The translations under genes were made by a program, and so were the position numbers. Of a DNA stretch of 64,000 bases, positions 1-8,865 are shown piece by piece (positions within the stretch are counted from its first letter, which is position 1; every line of letters starts with the position of its first letter). The notes under the pieces are model-generated. The model ran no database searches and was not told where the DNA came from. It was given only the letters and a program-made list of their open reading frames with translations. Origin of the DNA: a virus (lineage: Duplodnaviria; Caudoviricetes); IMG/VR virus record IMGVR_UViG_3300002835_000001, positions 1 to 64,000 of that record, one strand, 5' to 3'.

Positions 1-153
1 CATTTAGAAATGGGAACAGCTGAGATCGCTTGGGAACAAAACTTGGACTGTCAAGAAATTATGTCCGTACAAGAAAATGGTGGTCAATCCACCGAAGAAC
101 TTTTCCTTGTTGATACAGGGGAGGAAATTTGGAATAACTCTAAAACTAATTAA
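1..153 (+). CDS. partial hypothetical protein (5' truncated by window)
   Basis: Open frame from base 1 (HLEMGTAEIAW...NSKTN) to TAA at 151-153, directly before the next ATG at 155. Confidence 0.6.
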   Translation, partial: HLEMGTAEIAWEQNLDCQEIMSVQENGGQSTEELFLVDTGEEIWNNSKTN

Positions 154-154
154 T

Positions 155-472
155 ATGGAAAAGTCAGAATTAATCGAACGTATTACAAACATCCTTAAAG
201 TTAACGGTTGTTTTAGTATTGGTGAATTGGAATACGATACAGCTGGAATTTCAGTTGGTTCGTTGGGAAACTATATTGGTTTAGCTGAGTACTTCACGGA
301 GGACTACTGTGAGGTCAATGTGTACGAACCCCGTAGTTTTAGTTCGGATTCAATCGACACATACGAAGAGAAGTGGGAGAATTTAAGTGAGGATGTGTTA
401 AGTGAAATCCATTTCGTTTGTGAACAGTGGGAAGCTGAATGTATCAGGACAGAAAAAAGAATTAGTGATTAG
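155..472 (+). CDS. hypothetical phage protein
   Basis: ORF 77..472; ATG at 155 follows the upstream stop; acidic 105 aa product. Confidence 0.7.
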   Translation: MEKSELIERITNILKVNGCFSIGELEYDTAGISVGSLGNYIGLAEYFTEDYCEVNVYEPRSFSSDSIDTYEEKWENLSEDVLSEIHFVCEQWEAECIRTEKRISD

Positions 473-490
473 TGTGTGAATAGTGAAACG

Positions 491-518
491 AGGGAGGGAC
501 GAAAGTCTCTCCTTTTTT
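491..518 (+). terminator. intrinsic terminator
   Basis: GGAGGGAC-GAAA-GTCTCTCC stem-loop followed by a T run, after ORF 155..472. Confidence 0.8.
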
Positions 519-533
519 TTACAACAGCAAATT

Positions 534-582
534 AAATAAAACTGGAAAAGGCAACAGCAGAAAAACATTTCCAGTTTTATTT
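534..582. repeat. 15-bp perfect inverted repeat AAATAAAACTGGAAA / TTTCCAGTTTTATTT
   Basis: Arms at 534-548 and 568-582 with a 19-nt spacer. Confidence 0.85.
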
Positions 583-655
583 GTATAAAAATATAATGGT
601 TAATTCTGGAAAAAAAGATTTTTAAAAAAAAAGTAAAATATTAATTTAATAGTTG

Positions 656-663
656 TATATTTG
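656..663 (+). promoter_or_regulatory. Bacteroidota-type -7 element TATATTTG
   Basis: Matches TAnnTTTG, 22 nt upstream of ATG 685. Confidence 0.6.
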
Positions 664-684
664 TGTTCACTAAAAAACACACAC

Positions 685-1446
685 ATGAATTTTAAATCAA
701 TTTCACAATCTAAAAAAGATACAGGGTTATCTTATTTAGGTATGGTTAACAACTCAACCAAACATGAGAAAGCTTTCAAGTACGATGAACTTGTGTACAC
801 GTTGTACTTAGCTCCCGCGAAGTCATCAGGTTATGAGGTTTGTCCTATGAGAACCGAATTTTGTACCAAACTTTGTTTAAACGAATCAGGTCGAAACAAA
901 ATGGACACAAAGAAAAACACGATTAATAATTCACGAATCAAAAAAACTAAAATGTTTTTCGAAGATCGTGAGTTCTTTGTCCGTTGGATGATTGACGAAA
1001 TTAAGAACTCAAAAAAGAAATCTGAATTATTGGGTTATAGTTTTTCAGTTCGTTTAAACAATACAAGTGACATCTCTCCTGAAATGTTTTGGATTAAACA
1101 GGAAGACGGAACCACAAAAAACATTTTACAATTGTTTCCCGATGTTCAATTTTACGATTATACAAAGGTTCCTAGTAGAATCAATTTAACAAAGAAGTAT
1201 AAGAACTACGATTTGACATTCTCTTTTGACGGTTCGAATCTCGAAACGTGTGAGAAAATGTTAAGTAGTAAAGTTCGTGTAGCTATGGTGTTCAATACCT
1301 TACCTAAAAAGTTTCTGTCATACAAAGTAATCGACGGGGATCTTTACGACATGAGGTACAGGGATAAGAAAAACGTAATCGTCGGATTAAAGTTTAAGAA
1401 GGTTCGAAATAAATTAACAAAAGATAATCCCTTCGTTATCCAATAG
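685..1446 (+). CDS. Gp88-like phage protein
   Basis: LYLAPA, CPMRTEFCTKLCL cysteine cluster, VRLNNTSDI, FYDYTK and YDLTFS motifs typical of the GP88 family. Confidence 0.7.
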   Translation: MNFKSISQSKKDTGLSYLGMVNNSTKHEKAFKYDELVYTLYLAPAKSSGYEVCPMRTEFCTKLCLNESGRNKMDTKKNTINNSRIKKTKMFFEDREFFVRWMIDEIKNSKKKSELLGYSFSVRLNNTSDISPEMFWIKQEDGTTKNILQLFPDVQFYDYTKVPSRINLTKKYKNYDLTFSFDGSNLETCEKMLSSKVRVAMVFNTLPKKFLSYKVIDGDLYDMRYRDKKNVIVGLKFKKVRNKLTKDNPFVIQ

Positions 1447-1542
1447 GATAACAGGGGGTTGTCAATAAAACTGGAAACAAAAATAAATTTGGTATTACAA
1501 TACTTTATTAATACCTTTACATCACACTAAAAAATAAATAAA

Positions 1543-1977
1543 ATGGGAACACGTTCAACGTATCGTATCATCGAACAATACACCGATGATAAAACACAGA
1601 AAGTAGTTAATCAAGACCTTTGTTTAATCTATGTACAATTTGATGGTTACCCATCAGGTCATCCATCGGACACGGCGGAATGGTTATCAACTGGCAAAGT
1701 CGTAAATGGTTACAGCCTAAACGAAGAATTACAATTCAATGGGGCTGGTTGTTTAGCTGCTCAACTCATTGCGAAAATGAAAACAGGAACTGGTGGAGTT
1801 TATTTACAAAGTCTAAAATCTCGTGGGAATTCTTGGGAAGATTATCTTTATGACATTATCGTAAAGGAAGACAAATCAATTGAATTTGTTTGTTATGAGA
1901 ATGGTAAACGTAAAACGGAAGTCTTTCGTGGTTCACCTTCTGACTTCGTATTACAATACTCAAAAGAAACAGCATAA
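1543..1977 (+). CDS. hypothetical protein (MGTRS... family)
   Basis: 144 aa ORF; upstream TTTG-N20-TACCTTTA promoter-like motif. Confidence 0.75.
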   Translation: MGTRSTYRIIEQYTDDKTQKVVNQDLCLIYVQFDGYPSGHPSDTAEWLSTGKVVNGYSLNEELQFNGAGCLAAQLIAKMKTGTGGVYLQSLKSRGNSWEDYLYDIIVKEDKSIEFVCYENGKRKTEVFRGSPSDFVLQYSKETA

Positions 1978-2348
1978 TGAAATACCATAAAGTAAGGTTC
2001 AATCTCGGAAGAGGTGAGAACTATATGAAATGGAAAGTTACGTACAATAACGGATGGGTTAGATATTATAACCCATCCGAAGTACAGCTTGTATTACACG
2101 ATTGTACTATGAAGAACAATAAGTCTACAGCGTTGAAAATCTTTCACGGAGATCAACATAAAACAGTATGTGCTTGGGTTCTTTGTAAGGAGATTGAGAT
2201 TGTTACAGAAAATTTTAGAATTGAAAATCAATCTCATTTAAAATACAACCCCCGTGTATTACCATTTTGGAATTTGGACGGTAAAGATATGGACGGCTCA
2301 ACTGTCAAGGAATTATTTACAGTAGATTATAAACTTTTCTTAAAATAA
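1977..2348 (+). CDS. hypothetical protein
   Basis: 123 aa ORF coupled to the previous gene by TAATG. Confidence 0.75.
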   Translation: MKYHKVRFNLGRGENYMKWKVTYNNGWVRYYNPSEVQLVLHDCTMKNNKSTALKIFHGDQHKTVCAWVLCKEIEIVTENFRIENQSHLKYNPRVLPFWNLDGKDMDGSTVKELFTVDYKLFLK

Positions 2349-2421
2349 ATTAGGTATTACAAAATTAAACTAATACCTTTACATCGTAATTAATTATTCA
2401 CCTAAATTAAATTTTAAAATC

Positions 2422-2976
2422 ATGGGATTAGACATGTATCTATCGAAAAAGACCTACGTTAAACAATGGTCACACAACAAACCTGAAGATCAATATGAGG
2501 TCTCGGTTAAAAGAGGTGGGGTTTCCTACCCGAACATCAAACCTGAACGAGTTTCCTACATCACAGAGGAAATTATGTATTGGAGAAAAGCTAACCAAAT
2601 TCACGGATGGATTGTATCCAATTGTGAAGAGAGAGAACCTGAAATCAAGTACGATGTCACAAGAGGAGATTTGGAAAAACTATTGGAGACTTGTGAAAAA
2701 GTTTTGGGTATCTTAAATCAATCTGAAACAAAAACCTTACAAGTAGTTGGGGGTTGGAAAGGTGGTGAACAGTATCATGTAGACCACGAAGTGTATGACA
2801 ATACAGATGAAATCTTGGAATTACTTCCACCAACACAGGGGTTCTTCTTCGGTTCGGATAACATTGATGAATGGTATAAATCCACCATCGAGGAAACCAT
2901 TACCATGTTGAAAGAGGAGTTATCAGTTTCCGATGAAAGTTATGGTTCTGATTACGAATACTACGCTAGTTGGTAA
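2422..2976 (+). CDS. hypothetical protein (MGLDMYL.../YWRKANQIH.W family)
   Basis: Widespread phage motifs MGLDMYL, YWRKANQIHGW, GFFFGS and YYASW. Confidence 0.75.
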   Translation: MGLDMYLSKKTYVKQWSHNKPEDQYEVSVKRGGVSYPNIKPERVSYITEEIMYWRKANQIHGWIVSNCEEREPEIKYDVTRGDLEKLLETCEKVLGILNQSETKTLQVVGGWKGGEQYHVDHEVYDNTDEILELLPPTQGFFFGSDNIDEWYKSTIEETITMLKEELSVSDESYGSDYEYYASW

Positions 2977-3001
2977 ATAAAAAAATATAATGGGGATATT
3001 A

Positions 3002-3033
3002 TTTGGAAAAGTAATATCCCTGTTGTATCTTTG
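3002..3033 (+). promoter_or_regulatory. Bacteroidota sigma-70 type promoter (-33 TTTG, -7 TATCTTTG)
   Basis: TTTG at 3002-3005, 20-nt spacer, TATCTTTG at 3026-3033, ATG at 3055. Confidence 0.75.
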
Positions 3034-3054
3034 TCACTCACTAAAACAAATACA

Positions 3055-3741
3055 ATGGCAAACGATTGTTCAAACTACATTAGGATTTCAGGTTCGGTAA
3101 AGAATATGAAACCTATCTACGACTTCTTCAATGAAGGTCAAAAGAAAATAGATTTGTATTACACACAGAAAAAAGAATACGTCAAGAATAATCCTGATAA
3201 AACTATTTGGGATAAGATTGATGGAATTGAGTTGGAAGAACAACTTGTGATGAATACATTAGTTCCACACGATAAGGAGTACGAAAAGATTAAGAAGTCA
3301 GGTGAATTCCTACTTAATCCCCAAACAGTATTCTACGGATGTAAATGGGATTTTCATTTGAGTTCAGCTAACGTATTGGATTGTACTGATGATTTGGTTA
3401 CGTTATCACCAACCACACCGTGGTCACCTCCAAGAGAATTTTGTGAGAGATTGTCTAAGAAGTATGGTGTTAAGGTGTACATCTTATATAGTGAGGGAGG
3501 TTGTAACTTCTCGGGGACTGATGAGTATGACAATGGTGAACACATCAACGAAGAATGTTATGAATATCTCGAAGGATTATATCATTTAGATAATGAATGT
3601 TTTTGGAGTGAAGTTGACTCCGAACTTGATAACTTGGAGGATATCACCGAAGAAGAATTCATTAATAAGTTTCCTTTTGTTGATGAACTTGATAAAAAAC
3701 AATTAAGAGAAGATTATCGAGAATGTAAAATTGAAAACTAA
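3055..3741 (+). CDS. YubB/DUF1281 ferredoxin-like domain protein
   Basis: NDCSNYIRI N-terminus with YGCKWD, TPWSPP and YSEGGCNFSG motifs. Confidence 0.55.
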   Translation: MANDCSNYIRISGSVKNMKPIYDFFNEGQKKIDLYYTQKKEYVKNNPDKTIWDKIDGIELEEQLVMNTLVPHDKEYEKIKKSGEFLLNPQTVFYGCKWDFHLSSANVLDCTDDLVTLSPTTPWSPPREFCERLSKKYGVKVYILYSEGGCNFSGTDEYDNGEHINEECYEYLEGLYHLDNECFWSEVDSELDNLEDITEEEFINKFPFVDELDKKQLREDYRECKIEN

Positions 3742-3995
3742 TGGAAAAGAAACTAAAAGTTAGGTACAGCAAATTCAAAACAGATCTATCCTTCAATGAG
3801 TGGGTGAAGGAAGTTAATTTCGGTAGGTACTATAATGAACCTACCCCATACTTTCAGGGAAATGTAACAATAAGAGAATCCTCCACACTATACCAATCGG
3901 TGGAGGATTTATTTCCTCAGGTATCTTTTAAAGACAGAATATTAAATAAATTTAAAATCAAATTAAAAACAAAATGGCGAGAGAAAACAAATTGA
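3741..3995 (+). CDS. hypothetical protein
   Basis: 84 aa ORF coupled by TAATG. Confidence 0.65.
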   Translation: MEKKLKVRYSKFKTDLSFNEWVKEVNFGRYYNEPTPYFQGNVTIRESSTLYQSVEDLFPQVSFKDRILNKFKIKLKTKWREKTN

Positions 3996-4453
3996 CGGAA
4001 GGTGTGTTCACAGGGATTGTGGGTACAAGAGAAAAGATTAGTTCGTATGACAAATTCCTGAATGTGAACGTGGACTTATCAGTTAAACACAGCGATGACC
4101 TGAATAAGTATTGTAAGAAGTACAGAGATGTCATCAACAAGAACAAAGTAAAGTTTCAGAACTTAGCTAAACTTGAGGAGGTTATCATGCAACTTCGTTC
4201 GAAGGAGACCATTAAGGATAACATCAAACTATCTTTGGTACGTGAGTACATTTACGCCAGAGGGTTATTCTACAGGGAAGACAAGGGAACCAAAGATATC
4301 CGTGTCATCGTAGGGAAGACAGAGTTCTATGGTTCGAATTTAGAAAAGTTGTTGGACTCACCCATCTTCATGGAGACGGCTGTAACAAAACTGGAAACAG
4401 CGATGGACAAAGAAATATCTGAAAATTTAAAATTGGTTGAGGATATCTTCTAA
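3974..4453 (+). CDS. hypothetical protein
   Basis: 159 aa ORF in the + strand run. Confidence 0.7.
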   Translation: MARENKLTEGVFTGIVGTREKISSYDKFLNVNVDLSVKHSDDLNKYCKKYRDVINKNKVKFQNLAKLEEVIMQLRSKETIKDNIKLSLVREYIYARGLFYREDKGTKDIRVIVGKTEFYGSNLEKLLDSPIFMETAVTKLETAMDKEISENLKLVEDIF

Positions 4454-4485
4454 AAAAGTATTATCTTTATAAAAAAATTAAAGAC

Positions 4486-5439
4486 ATGAATAAGAAAACT
4501 ATTGTATCTCTATTCGACGGGATGTCGTGTGGACAGATTGCCCTTAGTCAATTACTTAAGGGTGAAGAGTATACTTGGATATCCTCCGAGATTTGTAAAC
4601 CCTCCATTAATGTGACTCAAAAGAATTTCCCTAACACCATTCAACTTGGTGATGTAAGGAATATCACCCAAGAAATCTTAAATAGATTTACAAGAGATGT
4701 ATGGATGGTGATTGGTGGTTCCCCATGTACTGACTTCTCGATGGCGGGTTCTCGTAATGGTATGTCGATTGGTAACATCGAGGTGACATCATTGGAACAA
4801 TACCTTCAATTAAAGGAAGACGGAGTCGTATTCGATACCAAATCCGAATCGTATTTGTTTTGGGAGTTCGTTCGATTCGTTAAGATGACCAAACCGAAGT
4901 ACTTCTTCTTGGAGAATGTATTGATGAAAGGAAGAAACAAGAAGTGGGAACATGTAATCTCAAGGGAGTTGGGTGTTCAACCTATCTATGTTAACTCGGG
5001 AATCTACACGGGACAAAATCGTGAGAGATTGTATTGGACTAATATTCCTATCTATAGTGTTGATATCCCTCAACGTGAATTCGTTCATTGTTCTAACATC
5101 ATTCCAAATGCTGTTGGTGGTTCGGGTAATCGTGGTAAGTTTAAGAACCCTGATGGAACTTGGTTCAGACAATGGACAACGAGAACCGATGGTCTTATCA
5201 ATTGTTTAACCAAGTCGAGTGGATGTCGTTATGTAACACTAACTGACGGAACAAGAAGACCATTGACCATTGAGGAGTGTGAACAATTTCAAGGTGTCCC
5301 AATTGGATATACTCAAACCATTGGTGTAACCAAGAAGGATAGACACGACATGTTGGGTAATGGATGGACGATTGATGTTATCAAACACTTCTTCTCATTT
5401 ATCCCCGAGTTAAAAAATATTTTGGTGAATCAGAAATAA
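4486..5439 (+). CDS. DNA (cytosine-5) methyltransferase
   Basis: Motif I SLFDGMSCG, motif IV GGSPC, motif VI FLENV, motif VIII QNRERLYW, motif X LGNGW. Confidence 0.93.
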   Translation: MNKKTIVSLFDGMSCGQIALSQLLKGEEYTWISSEICKPSINVTQKNFPNTIQLGDVRNITQEILNRFTRDVWMVIGGSPCTDFSMAGSRNGMSIGNIEVTSLEQYLQLKEDGVVFDTKSESYLFWEFVRFVKMTKPKYFFLENVLMKGRNKKWEHVISRELGVQPIYVNSGIYTGQNRERLYWTNIPIYSVDIPQREFVHCSNIIPNAVGGSGNRGKFKNPDGTWFRQWTTRTDGLINCLTKSSGCRYVTLTDGTRRPLTIEECEQFQGVPIGYTQTIGVTKKDRHDMLGNGWTIDVIKHFFSFIPELKNILVNQK

Positions 5440-5454
5440 TTTATACATTTACAT

Positions 5455-5796
5455 ATGGACTATCAGAAAGTACTTAACGACTTAAGGAATGACCTCCACA
5501 GAGAGGTGGTTCAAGAATCGACATGTAAGATATTTCAACAGCTGGACACCACCGATGGTGTCCTTTTGTTGCTTAAACCTCTCGTATTACACGTGGAATT
5601 CTATCACCCTGAGTGGGATGACTACAGCGAGGAGGTTAGGGTTACGGCTGTCGACTGTAATACAGGGGACCTAATCGGTGAGACTCTTAACGGTAATGAA
5701 AGAAATATTCGTTACATAGATCTAACAGCCGAGAATCTGTTGGAACTTCACCGAGCTGTGACAACCAAACAATATAAATTTACCCAATACGTATGA
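5455..5796 (+). CDS. hypothetical protein
   Basis: 113 aa ORF; upstream TTTG-N19-TACATTTA. Confidence 0.7.
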   Translation: MDYQKVLNDLRNDLHREVVQESTCKIFQQLDTTDGVLLLLKPLVLHVEFYHPEWDDYSEEVRVTAVDCNTGDLIGETLNGNERNIRYIDLTAENLLELHRAVTTKQYKFTQYV

Positions 5797-6002
5797 CAAA
5801 GAACAAACCAGTGTGTGGATACTTCAAGGTCGAACAGTCTGATTCAGGGCTGTTTGATCTGTATCAATCCCACGATAAGACAGTATGGGAACCCATTCAG
5901 GTGGGTTTAACCCTACAGGAGGTTATGGAGCTGCAGGTAAGAATCACCAACAGCAACATCTTAAACTACCTGAACTTAATTAGTATACTCAAGAACAATT
6001 AA
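5793..6002 (+). CDS. hypothetical protein
   Basis: 69 aa ORF with ATGA overlap. Confidence 0.6.
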   Translation: MTKNKPVCGYFKVEQSDSGLFDLYQSHDKTVWEPIQVGLTLQEVMELQVRITNSNILNYLNLISILKNN

Positions 6003-6027
6003 TTTTTACTTTTTAAACCACCATACC

Positions 6028-6165
6028 ATGAGAAAGTTCCTCAAAGAACTCGAGTGGAAGATTGACTACTACCTTGTCGTCTTCCTGTACAATCCCAACA
6101 AAACCTACAGGTACCACAAGTACATGACAGACAAGTGGGGCTCCCGATATACAGGGACCCAATAA
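6028..6165 (+). CDS. small hypothetical protein (45 aa, MRKFLKELEWKIDYY...)
   Basis: Translated by hand; ATG 6028 to TAA 6163-6165; below the ORF-track length cutoff. Confidence 0.5.
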   Translation: MRKFLKELEWKIDYYLVVFLYNPNKTYRYHKYMTDKWGSRYTGTQ

Positions 6166-6344
6166 AACTGGAAAAATCCTACAGGATATCCTGAGGGATA
6201 CGTATGTCCAAATAAAACTGGAAATACTTCAGTCTACCTTAAATTGTACGAATAATACTGGAAAAAGATTTTCTGAAAAATATTTGACGGGGATTTGGTA
6301 TTGTGAATTATATTATGTATATTTTAATATAAAACACATATAGC

Positions 6345-6521
6345 ATGAAAAAAGCCAACAAACGTCAGACGGTTACCACTTATGTACCTGTTTCAGACAA
6401 CATCTACCACGACGGGTCAAGTTACCGAGTTCGTGTAAGTATTAACGGAACGAAGTTCAGTAAGAACTTTTCTAACAAAAGAAAAGCAATCTCTTACAGA
6501 AACGAGTTAATGGGAAGTTAG
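6345..6521 (+). CDS. small AP2-like DNA-binding protein (58 aa)
   Basis: Hand translation gives IYHDGSSYRVRVSINGTKFSKNFSNKRKAISYRNEL, a beta-beta-beta-alpha pattern like AP2/integrase arm domains. Confidence 0.5.
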   Translation: MKKANKRQTVTTYVPVSDNIYHDGSSYRVRVSINGTKFSKNFSNKRKAISYRNELMGS

Positions 6522-6547
6522 TTCATCCCTCCGTATAGAGTATAATA

Positions 6548-6578
6548 AAGGATCAGACTTATAGTTTGGTCCTTTTTT
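6548..6578 (+). terminator. intrinsic terminator ending the + strand early block
   Basis: AGGATCAGAC-TTATA-GTTTGGTCCT stem followed by a T run. Confidence 0.7.
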
Positions 6579-6608
6579 GTTATCTTTATAAACCCGTTGT
6601 CTAATTAC

Positions 6609-7554
6609 GGGGTCCCGTTGGGACCCCTTCAGGGTAATCTAATTGTATTATTCTAAGTGTGTATGACAAATTCCCTAAGGGTTTTTTTAAAATTCATTGT
6701 ACTATTCTAAGATAGGACCCTTGTATTACCTGAAGGGAGGAGAACATCGTTCTCCGACCGATTCAACTATAGTGGGGGTTAAAATTTTTCCAGTTTTGTT
6801 TGTAATACTTTCTACCACTAATACCATTATACTCAGGGGAGATTATTTTCCAGTAATGTATGACATTATTTACGGGACTCCCTGCGGTCGTCCCTTCAGG
6901 ATGAAATAATACTGGAAAAGTTTGCCAGACAAATATGATGTATGACATGGGTCAATATTGTTTGGCAAGTATGTTCGGTCGGGAGACGAAAGTCTCCCTC
7001 CCTTCAGGGGGTCAGGGAACAATGTATGACATATATAATAAAACACTCATAATATCCTGATATGGGACATTGTATTACACGGGATGAAGGGACGGACACG
7101 AGAGTGTTCGGACCGAAATCTATCTTCCGTATTACATCATTATGGTTATATTCTGGTACCGGAAATAAAACTAGGTCTCGTTTCACGAAAGGGTCAATCC
7201 CCAGGTACTTGTCACCAATGTGGGAGAAAGTGGGAAATTGTGGATAATATATACGTAATGTGAAAAACAGGATAAAAAACTATCTTTTAGGATAGTATAT
7301 TATAGTCCGACAAAAACTACCGAAAAAAGTAGGGGTATTAGTACTAAAAACAGGAAAATATTCGGGGTAAATTTAGGGGGATAAAAGTAGGGGTGTAATA
7401 CCTTTCAGGTACATAATTATGGGGGTATGGGATCTTAAATTGTCCCAATAGAAACCCTTAAATGTGAGCAGTGAATGGATGTCTCCGACATGAGTGTCGG
7501 GAACATAGTGGTGATTGTAGTCGGTCGGAGAACGATGTTCTCCTCCCTTCAGGG
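6609..7554. repeat. dispersed hairpin-CCCTTCAGG repeat family (5 copies) plus TGTATGACA x4
   Basis: Copies at ~6609-6633, 6729-6761 (inverted), 6874-6900, 6975-7009 and 7521-7554; TGTATGACA at 6660, 6857, 6939 and 7023. Confidence 0.85.
6729..7553. repeat. 33-bp perfect inverted repeat
   Basis: 6729-6761 CCTGAAGGGAGGAGAACATCGTTCTCCGACCGA is the exact reverse complement of 7521-7553. Confidence 0.95.
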
Positions 7555-7565
7555 TGTAAGGGAGT

Positions 7566-8018
7566 TCAACTTATATTCTTATGGTTCTCAAAGGGAGGGA
7601 CATCTCCATTAGAGACCAATAGATGTTTCAACTTAAGAATGGTATTAGAGGATATCTCACTCAACTTAGCAATATATCTTATACTATGTTTATTCTTTTT
7701 AAGTAAGGTAATAGCATAATGGTATTCCTTTTTATTTAGTATCTTAGACTTAGGTTCTGTGGTTCCCTTAGGTCGTCCATGAGAGAAACCTTGTTTCTTT
7801 CTATCCTGTATACCCTTCTTAACCAGTTCGGAAAAGTTAGTGAATTTCCTATCATGAACCTTAGAATGACAAACATTACACAGGGGAATTGTTTTATTAC
7901 CACCTAATGACTGAGGTATTATATGGTGATAGTGTATCCCACTTGTGGAGTTACATTCAAAACATATCCCTTTAGAGATAAGTTTATCATGTGTCCATAT
8001 AGTTTCAAATTGTTTCAT
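7566..8018 (-). CDS. HNH endonuclease fused to a resolvase/Hin-type HTH
   Basis: CxxC..HHIIPQSLGG..LCxxCH HNH signature; C-terminal GRPKG..AITLL..SIRYIAKL..IS.NTI resembles the serine-recombinase DNA-binding tail. Confidence 0.75.
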   Translation of the reverse strand: MKQFETIWTHDKLISKGICFECNSTSGIHYHHIIPQSLGGNKTIPLCNVCHSKVHDRKFTNFSELVKKGIQDRKKQGFSHGRPKGTTEPKSKILNKKEYHYAITLLKKNKHSIRYIAKLSEISSNTILKLKHLLVSNGDVPPFENHKNIS

Positions 8019-8033
8019 CTTTATACTATTAAT

Positions 8034-8198
8034 TTAATTATACCTATGGGTTTTCTTCATTCCTTCTAATTCTCTATCCAACTCCGTAAGGATATTCCTT
8101 ACATCTCTTAGGATATCTTTCTCATCTATCCTTATCAAATGGGATATTAAACCATTTAGGTTCTCAATCCTTTGTATGAGTTTATCCCTTTTATTCAT
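8034..8198 (-). CDS. small coiled-coil hypothetical protein (54 aa)
   Basis: Hand translation MNKRDKLIQRIENLNGL... Confidence 0.55.
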   Translation of the reverse strand: MNKRDKLIQRIENLNGLISHLIRIDEKDILRDVRNILTELDRELEGMKKTHRYN

Positions 8199-8216
8199 CT
8201 TATTATTCTATGGGAA

Positions 8217-8528
8217 CTAAAGTCTTTCATTTGATTTATATCTCACTATTACTCTATCCTCACGTTCAAATATCAATCCCTGCCGATTTATATCATTGAT
8301 ATTATTATGGTTTACTTCAATACCCCGAATAATAATCCCAACAACACATATGGTAACCCCCGGATATCTATCAAATAACTCCCCAACCGTTCCATCAAAG
8401 GTATAACTGATTGTGTAGTCATCCGGTTCGATTAAGATACCTCTGGATGGTATTCTCCCAAATAGATTGGCCATCACATTCAAATGGAATATAACATAAC
8501 CTTTATGAAAGAACTTAAAAGGTCTCAC
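8217..8528 (-). CDS. FKFF-motif small protein
   Basis: ORF track 8217..8552; the GTG at 8528 gives the N-terminus MRPFKFFHKG. Confidence 0.65.
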   Translation of the reverse strand: MRPFKFFHKGYVIFHLNVMANLFGRIPSRGILIEPDDYTISYTFDGTVGELFDRYPGVTICVVGIIIRGIEVNHNNINDINRQGLIFEREDRVIVRYKSNERL

Positions 8529-8688
8529 TGATGAATCTTGTTCTTTCTTCACTATAGAATAGTTCCATTCCCCTCGGGTTACCTTGGTTCAATGTCCTTA
8601 ATCTATCCTCAATACTATGAGTTGAACCTATCCTATAGAATGTGGTTCCTTTCTCCTTTAAAACATAGACAATCTTCTTACTTTTCAT
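8515..8688 (-). CDS. short GIY-YIG/T5orf172-like protein, possibly truncated (57 aa)
   Basis: VYVLKEKGTTFYRIGST..IEDRLRTLNQGNP matches the T5orf172 N-terminal pattern. Confidence 0.5.
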   Translation of the reverse strand: MKSKKIVYVLKEKGTTFYRIGSTHSIEDRLRTLNQGNPRGMELFYSEERTRFISETF

Positions 8689-8691
8689 ATA

Positions 8692-8865
8692 TTAATTTTG
8701 ACTTAGTACATAATCAATCATTCTATTCCTCTTATATTTCTTATGTAACTTCTCCTTAACCTCTTTGGGTATTGTCCTTAAACACTTATTCAACTTCCTA
8801 CTCTCCATATATTTCTTATACCAATCTGATTGGATATATTCATCGTATGATTTATACTTTCCCAT
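8692..8865 (-). CDS. small basic hypothetical protein (57 aa)
   Basis: Hand translation MGKYKSYDEYIQSDWYKK... Confidence 0.45.
   Translation of the reverse strand: MGKYKSYDEYIQSDWYKKYMESRKLNKCLRTIPKEVKEKLHKKYKRNRMIDYVLSQN

Noticed and set aside
481-520. Hammerhead ribozyme suggested by GAC-GAAA-GTC
   Set aside because: No CUGANGA core in the proper arrangement; it is a GNRA-capped terminator stem.
6729-7553. MITE/IS element bounded by the 33-bp inverted repeats
   Set aside because: No target-site duplication is visible, no transposase is nearby, and the arm sequence belongs to a repeat family that also occurs internally.
6600-7560. CRISPR array
   Set aside because: Repeats are degenerate, irregularly spaced and in both orientations; there is no constant repeat-spacer periodicity and no cas gene in the window.
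6697-7719. ORF-track entries in the repeat zone (6697..6909, 6763..6948, 7004..7186, 7062..7247, 7471..7719)
   Set aside because: Short, overlapping each other on both strands and running through hairpin repeats; no recognisable motifs.
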